DNA from: Candidatus Bathyarchaeota archaeon | GTDB lineage: Archaea; Thermoproteota; Bathyarchaeia; 40CM-2-53-6 | Length of the DNA: 64,000 nt | NCBI GenBank assembly: GCA_963726255.1 | Contig: CAVSBL010000002.1 | Coordinates: 1,216,001-1,280,000 of the forward strand | Reading direction: 5' to 3' | In this document: in pieces, positions 38,977 to 49,795 of the stretch | Layout: every line of letters begins with the position of its first letter | How positions within the stretch are numbered: position 1 is the stretch's first letter | Translations under genes and position numbers: made by a program | Notes under the pieces: generated by a model | Told to the model about the DNA's origin: nothing | Database searches by the model: none | Seen by the model: the letters and a program-made list of their open reading frames with translations, nothing else

Positions 38977-40083
38977 TTACGCTATCTCCAACTCCTTCGC
39001 CAAACCCTGCGGTGGGTATTCAAAGACCATAACATCCCCTTCGAGGAAACCCGCTAACACTTCGTCCCCTACCTTGAACGCCCCTCCCTCGCGTTCAGCA
39101 AACAGGCGCGAGGTGAGGATATCTCCGTTCGGAATGCGAATCAAGTACTCATTGGAATTTCCGAGGAATCTAACACCGCGTATCTCCCCTTTGAAGACGT
39201 TTTCCATTTCAAGACGATCGCGAGCGATTCGAACACGCTCTTTTCTCAAAGCCAGGATGACCGGTGCTGTCAGTGTGAGGTTTTTTGAAGGCGCTTGAAC
39301 TGTGAGGCCACCTCTTACACTGATTAACGCGGTCTCTCCAACGGTAGTGTCCACTATGCCTTCCAGGAGGCTTGCCCCTCCAATCATGTTTGCAACGAAG
39401 ACGCTGGCAGGCCTCCTGTAGACTCTGCGCGGTAGGCCGTAGTCTTGGATTCTTCCATTTCTCAAAACCAATATTTCGTCAGCGACGCTCATGGCCTCAT
39501 CTTGATCATGGGTCACGTGTATGGCTGTAGAACCTGACTGTTGCACGAGGTCCCGAATCTTGTGGCGAAGATCTAATCTCAGCCGCGCATCCAAAGCACC
39601 AAGCGGCTCGTCAAGAAGCAGTAAGCCCGCCCCTGACGCTAAACCTCTTGCCAATGCAACTCGTTGCTGCATCCCACCGCTGAGCTCGTTCGGCAAGGCT
39701 TGGGCTCGCGAGGACAGCCTCACCAGATCTAATACCTTGGAAGCAATATCTAGAGCAACGGAAGCAGGTTTGCCTCTTGCTAAGGGGCCGAAAGCCACGT
39801 TCTGCAGGACCGTAAGATGTGGGAAGAGTGCGTACTGTTGTGGAACATAGACTGCGTTTCGGTCTTGCGCGCCTACGTTGTTGACGAGTTTTCCATCAAA
39901 GTATATCGTGCCGGCGTCAGGCTTTAGAAGACCCGCCATGAGCTTGAGCAGTGTTGTTTTCCCGCTTCCCGTCGGCCCAAGGACGCACAAGTATTCCCCG
40001 TCCCTAACCTCAAAGGAAACCCGATCCAGAGCCTCAACTCTGCCGAACTTCTTCGTGACGTTAACAAAACTCACTTCGGGCAT
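38977..40083 (-). CDS. ABC importer ATP-binding protein
   Basis: GPTGSGKTT, LSGGMQQR, LDEP, VTHDQDEA. Confidence 0.92.
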   Translation of the reverse strand: MPEVSFVNVTKKFGRVEALDRVSFEVRDGEYLCVLGPTGSGKTTLLKLMAGLLKPDAGTIYFDGKLVNNVGAQDRNAVYVPQQYALFPHLTVLQNVAFGPLARGKPASVALDIASKVLDLVRLSSRAQALPNELSGGMQQRVALARGLASGAGLLLLDEPLGALDARLRLDLRHKIRDLVQQSGSTAIHVTHDQDEAMSVADEILVLRNGRIQDYGLPRRVYRRPASVFVANMIGGASLLEGIVDTTVGETALISVRGGLTVQAPSKNLTLTAPVILALRKERVRIARDRLEMENVFKGEIRGVRFLGNSNEYLIRIPNGDILTSRLFAEREGGAFKVGDEVLAGFLEGDVMVFEYPPQGLAKELEIA

Positions 40084-40086
40084 GCT

Positions 40087-41778
40087 CTAAGCGACCTTTC
40101 TCGTGGGGTGGCGGATGGAGACCAACCGGAGCATGACCAATGCGAGGAATGAGGTTGCCACGAGGAAACCGACTCCCAGAGCGCGTTCGGCCGGAGTCAC
40201 TGGAACCACTCCCCTAATCCAGCTCACGAGCAAGATGGGTGCGGTTTGTAGAGTGGTAGCAACCGCTGATGTGGCACCTGTTTCGTCAACACTCCTTGTG
40301 AAGACCAAGATAGCCCCAGAAAGTAAAGAGTACTTTGTGAGTGGCAGGGTTATTTTTCGAAAGACCCGAAGAGGCATGGCGCCCAATGTTTTTGCAGCGT
40401 CCTCAAGTTCGGGTGCTATTCCTTGAATCGAGGCCGCCATTGTACGAACAAAATAGCTGTAAGTTATTGTTGTGTGGGCGAGTACGATTACCCAGAATTC
40501 GGGTAAGGCACCCATGTTGCGCCAGAAGAAGTTCAACGAAACGCCAAGTGCCAGAGAAGGCACGATTATCGGGAGGTCGACGAGCGCATCGATAACCCTC
40601 CCCAACCTTGTTCCGAATCTGTTCCGCGCAATCAGGATAGCCACTGGCAATCCGGATACGATGTTCACGATTGTCGCTAGCACAGCAACCACGTAGGATA
40701 GGAGCATACTCGACCAGAAGGGCTTCCAAGGCCCTGCTCCGGCAAGGGCCTCTGTTGCCGTCCCGCCAGCAACTGCCTGTATTGCCGGCAGGGCGATGAA
40801 AAGGCATGGAAGAAGGACGAATACCAGAAAAACGACCAGGCTGATCGCGTTTCTCGCGGAAACAACTGGGGACTTGCTTAGTTTTCTTTCAAGGTTAGGC
40901 CAAACCCTGAGCGGTGCAATCCTAATTCTGGGTGTAATGATTTTGATTAGTGCGAAAACCACGAGCGACGAGACGATTAGAACCAAGCTCGCAATGACAA
41001 CAGCGGACGTTAAGTGTGATCCACGTGCATTGCTAATGAATACGGTTCCGTTCTCGAAAGCGCCGGCTACAACAATCGTTGCCCCTGTTTCCGAGAGTGA
41101 ACGCGCCAATGCCAACAGGAACGCAGCCAGTATACCGGGTCTGAGTATAGGCATGGTCACAGTTCGTACTGCAGTGAATGCTGAGGCCCCGAGGGTTCGC
41201 GCTGCGACTTCGTAAGTCTCGCGGTAGTTCAGAAACTCACCCACCATGACGCGTACAATCACTGGAAACGAGAATGCGAAGTGAAGCAACATAATCAGGA
41301 TGGCTCCTGAAGTCACAAGGCTAGTACCTCCGAAAAGTTGTGCGATACCCCCTGGGCTGCTCCAGAACTCCAATATTGAGAAACCCAAAGCGACAGTGGG
41401 GACTATGAATGGGATATCAGCGAGGCTGTCGAGAATTGTCGTCCAATGCCCTCGCCTTCTGACAATAAGCCAAGCCAACGGTATGCCGCATAAGACATCT
41501 AAACTTGATACGACTAGTCCGATCACGAACGACCATGTTATGGCGCCCCGCATTCTAATTGCAACATCAGCGTTCAAAGCCAAACTGGGAAGTGAAATCA
41601 GTTGAGCGACTATTCCTGCAATCGCGGGGGTTATCACGATCAGAATGAAGAAAATGACTGCAATAGAGTACACTCCCTTCGTCATGCCGGCCCTAGCAGA
41701 GAATCGTTCCAAGAATAAGAGAAAGCGACCAAGAACTGAGGTTGAGTTGGCAGCCCGGGGTCTTGTGTCCTGCACCAC
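40087..41778 (-). CDS. Fused double ABC permease (FbpB/ModB-like)
   Basis: Two EAA loops (EVAARTLGA, EDAAKTLGA) and two RS..ETGAT motifs. Confidence 0.88.
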   Translation of the reverse strand: MVQDTRPRAANSTSVLGRFLLFLERFSARAGMTKGVYSIAVIFFILIVITPAIAGIVAQLISLPSLALNADVAIRMRGAITWSFVIGLVVSSLDVLCGIPLAWLIVRRRGHWTTILDSLADIPFIVPTVALGFSILEFWSSPGGIAQLFGGTSLVTSGAILIMLLHFAFSFPVIVRVMVGEFLNYRETYEVAARTLGASAFTAVRTVTMPILRPGILAAFLLALARSLSETGATIVVAGAFENGTVFISNARGSHLTSAVVIASLVLIVSSLVVFALIKIITPRIRIAPLRVWPNLERKLSKSPVVSARNAISLVVFLVFVLLPCLFIALPAIQAVAGGTATEALAGAGPWKPFWSSMLLSYVVAVLATIVNIVSGLPVAILIARNRFGTRLGRVIDALVDLPIIVPSLALGVSLNFFWRNMGALPEFWVIVLAHTTITYSYFVRTMAASIQGIAPELEDAAKTLGAMPLRVFRKITLPLTKYSLLSGAILVFTRSVDETGATSAVATTLQTAPILLVSWIRGVVPVTPAERALGVGFLVATSFLALVMLRLVSIRHPTRKVA

Positions 41779-42026
41779 TCACTCAACCCATCAGAGTTAG
41801 ACTTCAGACCACTTAAGAATATGATGCGCTAGACTTTACATTTGTGGACCTTTTTTTGAAAACTACATACCAACCGGCTACTGCGGAATCCGGTCAAGGC
41901 GACTGGAGACCAAGTAGCAGTTGCTCAATCACCTCCTTTCGGTCTGCTGCTCAAATTTCCAAATTGTGAATTTGATAGCAAGATTCGGAGTCAAACTAGT
42001 TATTTTATCGTGAGTAACATCCGCGC

Positions 42027-43154
42027 ATGATAAGTATCCAAGAGAGAAATACCGACTTGCATGGAAAATCGGATGTTCAAGAGATTCTCCGCACAGAGGA
42101 TAAGAGATGGAGAGCAGTGCTCGCCAGAAATGGGAATTTCGATGGCACATTCGTGTTTGCCGTGCGGTCGACCGGGATTTATTGTAAACCATCATGCGCA
42201 GCTAGACGCCCGAACAGAGCACAAGTCGTGTTCTTTTCTGGGCCGGATGCGGCTGAGCTATCTGGTTTTCGACCATGTCGGCGTTGCCGTCCTCGGGATC
42301 TTGGATCTTCCCCTAGGGCAGTATTGATTGCGCGTGTATGCAAACACATAGAGGCCAACCTAGACACCAAGCTTAGTCTTTCAACACTCAGCGCTGAAGC
42401 GGGGATTAGTCCATACCATTTTCAACGAATCTTCAAACAAGTCGTCGGCATTTCACCGCGCCAGTATGTCGAAGCCCGTCGCTTGTCAAAGATGAAACGT
42501 TCGCTAAGGAATGGGCAAACCGTGGAGAAGGCACTCTACGGCGCTGGCTTCAGTTCAAGAAGTAGGCTCTACGAGAAAGTCCCGAATCAAATTGGCGTCA
42601 ATCCGGGGACGCTTCGCCGAGGCGGAGTTGGGTTAAGCATCGAGTACACAATCGTGGACTGCCCCCTAGGCCGTTTACTCGTGGGCGCCACGGCTCGTGG
42701 GATATGTGCTGTTTGCATGGGTGATTCAGATGCGGCAGTCGAGGCCGCGCTCACTGAAGACTACCCGTCGGCAGATATCCGCAGAAACGATAAGAGGATG
42801 CGCAGATGGGTCAACACGCTCACAAACTATCTTGGTGGCCAAGAATTCGACCTCAATTTACCAGTAGACGTTCGGGCCACCGCATTTCAATGGAGAGTCT
42901 GGAGCGAAATCAAATCTGTTCCGTACGGCAATACCACGACATACAGCAAAATCGCAAACGCCTTGGGAGAGCCCAATGCCGCCCGTGCTGTAGCTCGGGC
43001 TTGCGCGACTAATCCAGTTTCACTTGTGATCCCATGCCATCGAGTAGTTGGCGAAGATGGAGGACCGCATGGCTATCGTTGGGGGAAGAAGAGGAAGCAA
43101 GCCCTGCTGTTGCTTGAGCAGACGGCTCAACGCGAAGCTCCCAAAGCTGTCTAG
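42027..43154 (+). CDS. ada: Bifunctional Ada regulator / O6-methylguanine-DNA methyltransferase
   Basis: STGIYCKPSC, GFRPCRRC, AraC-type HTH, IPCHRV. Confidence 0.93.
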   Translation: MISIQERNTDLHGKSDVQEILRTEDKRWRAVLARNGNFDGTFVFAVRSTGIYCKPSCAARRPNRAQVVFFSGPDAAELSGFRPCRRCRPRDLGSSPRAVLIARVCKHIEANLDTKLSLSTLSAEAGISPYHFQRIFKQVVGISPRQYVEARRLSKMKRSLRNGQTVEKALYGAGFSSRSRLYEKVPNQIGVNPGTLRRGGVGLSIEYTIVDCPLGRLLVGATARGICAVCMGDSDAAVEAALTEDYPSADIRRNDKRMRRWVNTLTNYLGGQEFDLNLPVDVRATAFQWRVWSEIKSVPYGNTTTYSKIANALGEPNAARAVARACATNPVSLVIPCHRVVGEDGGPHGYRWGKKRKQALLLLEQTAQREAPKAV

Positions 43155-43187
43155 AACACAAATTGGAAAAGGAAACTCGACACGAAG

Positions 43188-44087
43188 ATGGTACCAAGGA
43201 AAACAATAACCCCTAGCTTTAGGGCCCAGATTTTCAATTACGGCCTTGTAATAACTCTCAGCGTAATCTGGGGGTTGGCCTTTGTCGCAATTAGGAGAGC
43301 CGAGTTCGAGCTAAGCCCAGTTAACCTGACCATTCTAAGATGGTTGATAGCGTCTGGAGGTTTCTTGGTCTTGGCTCCTGTCTTTGGGAGACCCAAGAAA
43401 CCTGTACAGAAACGACATATTCCCAGAATCCTTCTGGTTTCCTTCGCAAGTGTTGTTGGCTATCATCTATCGTTGAACTACGCTGAGACGATTGTGTCGT
43501 CTGGCCTTGCAGGACTTTTGATTTCGTTCGGGCCCATATTCATTGTATTGCTCTCGGCGTTATTCTTGAAAGAGAAAATCGGAAGGAGGTTGATGCTTGC
43601 TTTGGCGTTGGCGGTAGTTGGCGCCGTGGTCCTTTCAATCAATGCGGATCTAAGTTTTCTACAGGTTACAGGCCCGTTTGCAGTCATATTGGCGGCGTTT
43701 ATGTACGGAATATTCTCTGTGGCTTCTAAGCCGCTTGTGAAGGAGTACGGTGCTTTACCTACGGCGATATGGGTTGCAGCAATTGGTACGGTTTTCGCTC
43801 TGCCCATGATTTCATGGCAGTTCTTCGCTCAGGTTTTCACTCTCTCAGTTGTGGGATGGCTTTCTGTGCTCTATCTCGCAGTTTTGAGTACAGTGGTTGC
43901 TAACATGATACTCTACACGCTCATTAGCAACCGTGCTGTCTCCCGGCTTTCAGTGCAACTTTACTTGGTTCCTTTGGTGAGTTTGGTAGGCGGAATATTG
44001 CTGCTTGGTGAAAGCTTTTCAACGTTCACGGTCGTGGGTGCATGTTTCCTTTTCGCAGCGATAGCTCTCGCCACGCACAAGCACTGA
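43188..44087 (+). CDS. DMT/EamA transporter
   Basis: About 10 TM; IWG..F..IR, P.F..LS..FLKEKI. Confidence 0.9.
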   Translation: MVPRKTITPSFRAQIFNYGLVITLSVIWGLAFVAIRRAEFELSPVNLTILRWLIASGGFLVLAPVFGRPKKPVQKRHIPRILLVSFASVVGYHLSLNYAETIVSSGLAGLLISFGPIFIVLLSALFLKEKIGRRLMLALALAVVGAVVLSINADLSFLQVTGPFAVILAAFMYGIFSVASKPLVKEYGALPTAIWVAAIGTVFALPMISWQFFAQVFTLSVVGWLSVLYLAVLSTVVANMILYTLISNRAVSRLSVQLYLVPLVSLVGGILLLGESFSTFTVVGACFLFAAIALATHKH

Positions 44088-44176
44088 ATATCGCTTCTAC
44101 TGCCCGCAGGCGAGTACCATTGCTGACGCTATCCGAAACTACGTAAAGAAAACGCCCAACACAAGCTGAGCATAGG

Positions 44177-44395
44177 CTAACCAAAGACCAGCAAGACAAT
44201 ACCCACTGCATAATAGAATATGAAAACTGCACTAAACCCCGTTCTCACGATCCAATGATTTGCTCGCAGCTGTCTGCCGAAGAAGTCGAAGGTCCCATCT
44301 CCCCTGGTCAACGCGTACCAGTAGACGTTAGTGTCGTAGACACCAAAGACAAGCAGGGAAGCGCCAACGAGCTTCAGGAAAATACTCGGCAGCAT
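44177..44395 (-). CDS. Small membrane hypothetical protein
   Basis: 72 aa with two hydrophobic segments, downstream of the threonine synthase gene. Confidence 0.5.
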   Translation of the reverse strand: MLPSIFLKLVGASLLVFGVYDTNVYWYALTRGDGTFDFFGRQLRANHWIVRTGFSAVFIFYYAVGIVLLVFG

Positions 44396-44422
44396 AAGGC
44401 TTCATTCATCCAATGCGGTAAG

Positions 44423-45616
44423 TCACTTTAAGATGAGATCTGGGTAGAGAATGCCTGAACCCGTGTTGTATAGTAGAACTTCTTCGTCCGTGTCAATGTA
44501 ACCACTCTCTCTAAGTTGAGGCAGACAGGCGTAGGTTGCGGCTCCCTCCGGGCACACCCAGATACCTTCCCGTTTCGCAATATCCTTCATTGCGCGCACC
44601 ATATCCTCGTCCGACACGGCTACGGCCGTTCCATTGTTTTCGGTGATAGTTCTGATGATCAGGTAATCGCCAAAGGGTTTAGGAACACGCAATCCAGCTG
44701 CAATCGTCGCCGGATTAATCCAAAATTCGCAACTATCTTTGCCTTCCTTGAGTGCTTTCACTACCGGTGCGCAAGTTGTGGATTGCACGGATACCATACG
44801 CGGCCGTTTTATGGAGATCAAGCCTATTCTTTCAAGTTCATCGAACGCCTTCCACATCCCTACAATTCCTGTTCCACCTCCGGTGGGGTAAACTATCACA
44901 TCAGGAAGTGCCCAGTCGAATTGTTCAGCGATCTCGAAGCCCATCGTTTTCTTTCCCTCGACCCTGTAAGGTTCCTTCATCGTAGACAATATCATCCAAC
45001 CATTTTCCTTACCCGCCTTGTCGACCATTCTTCCTGCGTCCGAAATCGACCCGTCCACGAGAGTTACGTTGGCCCCGTAAATTTCACATTCAAGTTTGAT
45101 GGGGTTGGGAGTGTCTTTAGGCATGTAGACATAGGACTCGAGGCCGGCCCTTGAAGCGTAAGCGGACATTGCAGCGCCAGCGTTTCCCGCGGTGGAAACC
45201 GCAACCTTCCTGATGCCTAATTCTTTGCATTTCGAAATGGCCGAAGCCATCCCTCGCGCTTTGAAAGTTCCAGTCGGAATCAACCCGTCATCTTTCATGA
45301 ACAGGTTCTTCATATCGAACGATTTGCCAGCTTTTCTTAGCTGCATTATGGGTGTGAATCCTTCTCCGAGGGTAATCACGTTCAACTCGTCTTTGATGGG
45401 CAGTAACTCGCGGTAGCGCCACATGCTTTTGACACGTGACTGGAGGACTGGTTTGGAGAGGTGTTCCGCAACATTGTCGAGATCATATCGGGCGAACAGA
45501 ACGCCTGTACAATCATCGCACACTGTTTGCACTGAATCTGCGTTATGCTTCTTCCCGCACCTAGTGCACTCCAAGTGGGACAGGAACAGGCTAGAAGTAG
45601 TGGTTGAGGACTTCAT
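44423..45616 (-). CDS. thrC: Threonine synthase (PLP fold type II)
   Basis: N-terminal Zn ribbon, LGEGFTP, PTGTFKARG, GNAG, RVEGKKT, PTGGG. Confidence 0.85.
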   Translation of the reverse strand: MKSSTTTSSLFLSHLECTRCGKKHNADSVQTVCDDCTGVLFARYDLDNVAEHLSKPVLQSRVKSMWRYRELLPIKDELNVITLGEGFTPIMQLRKAGKSFDMKNLFMKDDGLIPTGTFKARGMASAISKCKELGIRKVAVSTAGNAGAAMSAYASRAGLESYVYMPKDTPNPIKLECEIYGANVTLVDGSISDAGRMVDKAGKENGWMILSTMKEPYRVEGKKTMGFEIAEQFDWALPDVIVYPTGGGTGIVGMWKAFDELERIGLISIKRPRMVSVQSTTCAPVVKALKEGKDSCEFWINPATIAAGLRVPKPFGDYLIIRTITENNGTAVAVSDEDMVRAMKDIAKREGIWVCPEGAATYACLPQLRESGYIDTDEEVLLYNTGSGILYPDLILK

Positions 45617-46565
45617 TTACGTTAGCTTCGTAGTCTCCGAAGGGTGACGGCGAGATGAAAAGGTCATCTACGCCATTCTCGTGATATTCCTTAACTCGCT
45701 CTCTTAGCCCGCGCACCGTCCCAAGAACCTCTAGCTTGTCGATCATCTGACGGCTCACGCTTCGTTTAACAGCGTCTCGGTCTTTCGCTTTCCAAGCATT
45801 CATCATTGCCTTTGCTTCTGATGCGAACCCTAAGTTTGTGAAGAGTGCTGAGTAGGCTGGTGCGCTGGCGTAGAAGCTGACTAGGTCCTTGGCAGCGTCC
45901 AAGCCTTTCTCATCATCGCCCAGAACGTAGGAGTAGAGCATAACCGACAATGTGGGACGGCCTTTTCCGCCGGCCTCTCGGCATCCTTCATCGATAAGTG
46001 AAATCGCGTGTTTGATTCGGTCGGTTGGATAGAGGTTCAAAATCACCCTGTCTCCGAGCTGGGCCGCCTTCTTAATCATCTGGTCGTTCAGGGCGGCTAG
46101 AGCAATCTTGGGTGGTGGTTTGGTCCTCAGCCTTGCATTCGTAGGTGAAGAATACGTGCCCTGGTGGCTGAATTTCTCTCCGGAAAAGTATTGGCGGAGA
46201 AGTTTGACGGTTTCCTCAAGCCTTTGCACCGGCCTTTCGAAGCGTTGGCCGTGCCAACTCTCAACGATTGCAGCTGTGCTAACACCTAACCCCAGTGTGA
46301 ATCTCCCTCCGCTGAACTCATTAAGAGTCGCTCCCAAGAGAGCCAATTGACTTGCAGACCTGGTGAAAACGTTTACAATGGACGTCCCTAGTGGGATCTT
46401 TCGCGTTGAACATGCGGCAATTGTAGCGAGCACCGACGCATCGCGCAATGTTGTCTCGCCAAACCAGACTCCACCGAAACCTTTCTGCTCCGCCGCGCGG
46501 CTTATCTCGGGTATCCGCAGAGACGAGATGTCTCCGTTTCCGCTCAACATAATGCTGGTAGACAT
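45591..46565 (-). CDS. LLM-class flavin/F420-dependent oxidoreductase
   Basis: AEQKGF..VWFGE, GTSIVNVFTR, SGGRFTLGLG. Confidence 0.87.
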   Translation of the reverse strand: MSTSIMLSGNGDISSLRIPEISRAAEQKGFGGVWFGETTLRDASVLATIAACSTRKIPLGTSIVNVFTRSASQLALLGATLNEFSGGRFTLGLGVSTAAIVESWHGQRFERPVQRLEETVKLLRQYFSGEKFSHQGTYSSPTNARLRTKPPPKIALAALNDQMIKKAAQLGDRVILNLYPTDRIKHAISLIDEGCREAGGKGRPTLSVMLYSYVLGDDEKGLDAAKDLVSFYASAPAYSALFTNLGFASEAKAMMNAWKAKDRDAVKRSVSRQMIDKLEVLGTVRGLRERVKEYHENGVDDLFISPSPFGDYEANVNEVLNHYF

Positions 46566-46646
46566 TGTAGATTGCGTGGCTTGCCTGCTTTGGTTAAAAG
46601 GCTAACGAAATAGCTCTGTTAGTATAGCATCTGGGTCGGAAGATAC

Positions 46647-48260
46647 TTGCACGAGGTCGAGATCAGTAATCTGTCATTCACCTACGAGAACCGTACCAAG
46701 CCAGCCTTGGACGCAGTCAATCTCACAATAGATAATCGTGATTTCATTCTTCTTGCGGGTGCCAGCGGCTCGGGAAAGTCTACCTTGCTGAAGTGCATCA
46801 ATGGGTTGATTCCCCATCGCTACGTGGGCCAATACTCTGGCAATGTGAGCGTACGGGGCAAGCCGGTTCCGGAGTCCCCGTTCCTCAAACTCTCCCTGAC
46901 CGTTGGTACGGTGTTGCAAGAGGCGGACAAGCAACTCGTGTCATCGATTGTCGAAGACGACGTATCTTTCGGGCCAGGGAACTTAGCTCTACCGAGGCAC
47001 GAGGTCGAGCGCCGCGTTATGCACAGCCTCGAATCAATGGACATTCTCCAGTTGCAACGGCGGTCTATTTTTGAAATCTCGGGCGGGCAGAAGCAGAGAC
47101 TGGCCATTGCCGACGTCCTGGCAATGGAACCAGATATCTTGCTATTCGACGAACCGTTGGCCAACCTCGACTCTAATGGCGTTAAGCTCATGCAAGGCAT
47201 CTTCCGCGATTTTCACTCTTCGGGCAAAACCATAATCGTAGCTGAACATCGAACAGAGGAGGTCCTGCGAGCCAACCCAACGCGGATTGTAATAATCAAC
47301 GAAGGCCGCGTTGTAGCTGATAAGAAAGACCACGAGGTCTTAATCGAATTTGGGGACGTCATCAAGATTCCTGCTGAATACATGCTCCGCAGAAATCATT
47401 ATCTCGAAAGAGAATCCACAGTAGAGACTGTTAACACGAAGCGGCAGCAACTGGGCCAAGAGTTGATCCGAGTTGAGAACCTCAACTTCGAATATCCCGG
47501 AGGAATAAGAGCGCTTAGGAATCTAAACTTGGTCATACGCGAGGGCGAAAGGATAGCACTACTAGGTAACAATGGTGCGGGAAAGTCAACGCTTGCCCTA
47601 AGCCTCGTCGGGTTGCTGAAACCAACATCAGGCCGAGTCCTCGTGACCGGTGAAGACACACGCAATCTAACCACAGCCGAGATTGCTCGTTCAATATGCC
47701 TCGTTTTCCAAAGCCCCTTCTCAATGCTCTTCGCAAGAACGGTCCGGGATGAACTGAGCTTTGGCCCAAAGAACATCGGTGTCTCACCAGATACGATTTC
47801 GAAGATCGTCCCTGAAACCGCAAAACAATGCTCGATAAGCCATCTGCTTGATAACTCCCCTTTCGCCTCCAGTTTCGGCGAAAAGAAACGAATCTGCGTA
47901 GGTTCCGTGCTAACAATGGAACCGAAGTGCATAATATTAGACGAACCGACGGCGGGTCAAGATTTCAAGAGCTACTCCAATTTCATGAATTTCATCTGCT
48001 CGCTGAGTGAGCGAGTCAAGTCATTCGTCGTGATCACACACGACCCAGACTTAGCAATAGAGTATACGGACCGGTCCATTGTCCTGAATGATGGCGCGGT
48101 CGTGGCAGATGGCCCAACTCGCACTATGCTCGCCGACCCTTCAATTCTCACTGCGGGCGCTATACGCGAAACTTCGCTTATCGAAATCTCGCGGAAAATC
48201 ACGAGCGGTAAATCGGTGTTGACTCTCGCGGAACTCGCACGTGCCTCTGGAAAGAGCTAG
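46647..48260 (+). CDS. ECF transporter duplicated ATPase
   Basis: Two Walker A motifs (GASGSGKST, GNNGAGKST), ISGGQKQR, DEPLANLD, DEPTAGQD. Confidence 0.92.
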   Translation: MHEVEISNLSFTYENRTKPALDAVNLTIDNRDFILLAGASGSGKSTLLKCINGLIPHRYVGQYSGNVSVRGKPVPESPFLKLSLTVGTVLQEADKQLVSSIVEDDVSFGPGNLALPRHEVERRVMHSLESMDILQLQRRSIFEISGGQKQRLAIADVLAMEPDILLFDEPLANLDSNGVKLMQGIFRDFHSSGKTIIVAEHRTEEVLRANPTRIVIINEGRVVADKKDHEVLIEFGDVIKIPAEYMLRRNHYLERESTVETVNTKRQQLGQELIRVENLNFEYPGGIRALRNLNLVIREGERIALLGNNGAGKSTLALSLVGLLKPTSGRVLVTGEDTRNLTTAEIARSICLVFQSPFSMLFARTVRDELSFGPKNIGVSPDTISKIVPETAKQCSISHLLDNSPFASSFGEKKRICVGSVLTMEPKCIILDEPTAGQDFKSYSNFMNFICSLSERVKSFVVITHDPDLAIEYTDRSIVLNDGAVVADGPTRTMLADPSILTAGAIRETSLIEISRKITSGKSVLTLAELARASGKS

Positions 48261-48303
48261 CTCTTAAATAGATAGAACGCTGCATCGCCGCGTGTGAAGA
48301 AAA

Positions 48304-48873
48304 TTGGGCATGAAGGAAATGAAAGAATCAATGTTCTCTGCTAAGCAGATCGTCGCTATGGCAGTTGGCACAGCCCTCTACGCTGCTCTAACCATACCAT
48401 TCAACACTCTACAAATCCCAGGCGTCGGTTTAGTGGCCGTAAGGCCTACGGTTGCAATTCCAATGCTCTTCGGTTTTGTCTTCGGGCCCTTTACAGGGTT
48501 CGTTTCAGGATTTCTCGGCAACATACTCTCCGACGCAGTTTCGTTCGGCGGATTCTTCTGGAACTGGGACATCGGCAACGGCTTACTCGGCGCCATTCCT
48601 GGGATCGGCTACTTCATAGTTAAACGCACAGACTGGACCAAGGCACGAGCCCTAATAGCAGCCGCAGTACTCGCAATCGTCGGATCACTAATCGGAATCG
48701 CATTTGCCGCAATGACAGATTTCGCATTCCAAATAGGCCTTAGCACAATGGACGCAGCACTCATCGAATTCTATTCTGCAGGGGCAACGGACGCAGTCAA
48801 CGGAGCAATTTTGACCCCCATTCTCCTGTACGCCTACGCAAAGGCTACAGCTGGACGGGCACGACGAGTCTAG
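48304..48873 (+). CDS. ECF transporter S component
   Basis: IVA..GTALY, RP.VAI, FGP..GF..GFLGN..SD, WNW. Confidence 0.85.
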   Translation: MGMKEMKESMFSAKQIVAMAVGTALYAALTIPFNTLQIPGVGLVAVRPTVAIPMLFGFVFGPFTGFVSGFLGNILSDAVSFGGFFWNWDIGNGLLGAIPGIGYFIVKRTDWTKARALIAAAVLAIVGSLIGIAFAAMTDFAFQIGLSTMDAALIEFYSAGATDAVNGAILTPILLYAYAKATAGRARRV

Positions 48874-48883
48874 CAGAAACTAA

Positions 48884-49693
48884 ATGATCCGGATCAAGTA
48901 CTTTCCCGGGACAACCTTCCTACACAGGTTGGACCCGAGAACAAAATTCCTATTGATTATTCTGTTCATCTTCACAGAGGTCGCGTTTCTCGACATCAGG
49001 CTCTTGCTGTTTCCCTTCGTTGCTTCTATCCTACTCTACCTCTCAGCGAGAATTCCTTTCAAAGAAGTGAAGGGAACTTGGAAATTCCTGCTGACCATCA
49101 TTGTCATCATTTCATCTATCAACGCGTTCTTCACTTTTCTTGGGTACTCTGTCCCGCACCCTCACATTATCGCGCATTTCTGGGTGTTCAAGTTCACAGT
49201 TGAAGGCATCTTCTTCGCGGTGGCCTCAATCATGCGATTTCTCTCTTTGGCCATCATTTCGCTTTGCGTGATCATGACGACAGATCCGGGCCTTTACGCT
49301 CCCGCTCTCGCAAAACTGAAACTCCCGTACAAAGGCGCCTTCGTTGTGGACCTGGCCTTACGATACTTGCCAGTCTACGTGGACGAATTGGAGACGACGA
49401 TGAATGCGCAGATGGCCCGAGGTTTCAAAGTGAAAGCCAAGGGTGGCCTATTCGCCCGCATCCTTAACACTGTTCCACTCCTAGTCCCGGTTGCAATCAA
49501 CGCAATGCTCTCCATTTACGATGTAGCAGACGCTATGGAACTGCGGGCATTCGGCGCCGAAAGGAGCCGTACATGGTACCGAACGGTCCAGTTCAAGAGA
49601 ACAGATTATGTTTCCACGGTCACCTTGTTCTCGCTGCTTCTTTTGACCATCTTCCTTCGGACCAGAATCACGACTTACTGGATTCCAGCCTGA
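48884..49693 (+). CDS. ECF transporter T component
   Basis: LHRLDPRTK, LRYLP, AQMARG, AMELRAF. Confidence 0.9.
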   Translation: MIRIKYFPGTTFLHRLDPRTKFLLIILFIFTEVAFLDIRLLLFPFVASILLYLSARIPFKEVKGTWKFLLTIIVIISSINAFFTFLGYSVPHPHIIAHFWVFKFTVEGIFFAVASIMRFLSLAIISLCVIMTTDPGLYAPALAKLKLPYKGAFVVDLALRYLPVYVDELETTMNAQMARGFKVKAKGGLFARILNTVPLLVPVAINAMLSIYDVADAMELRAFGAERSRTWYRTVQFKRTDYVSTVTLFSLLLLTIFLRTRITTYWIPA

Positions 49694-49795
49694 CCTATGT
49701 GCTGAACTGGCTGTTTGGTTGGAAGCAAAGCGTTATTATGAGCGCCCCTGCAGAGTCCCAGTAACTAAGCCATATGGCATAAACGGGTCGGAAAA

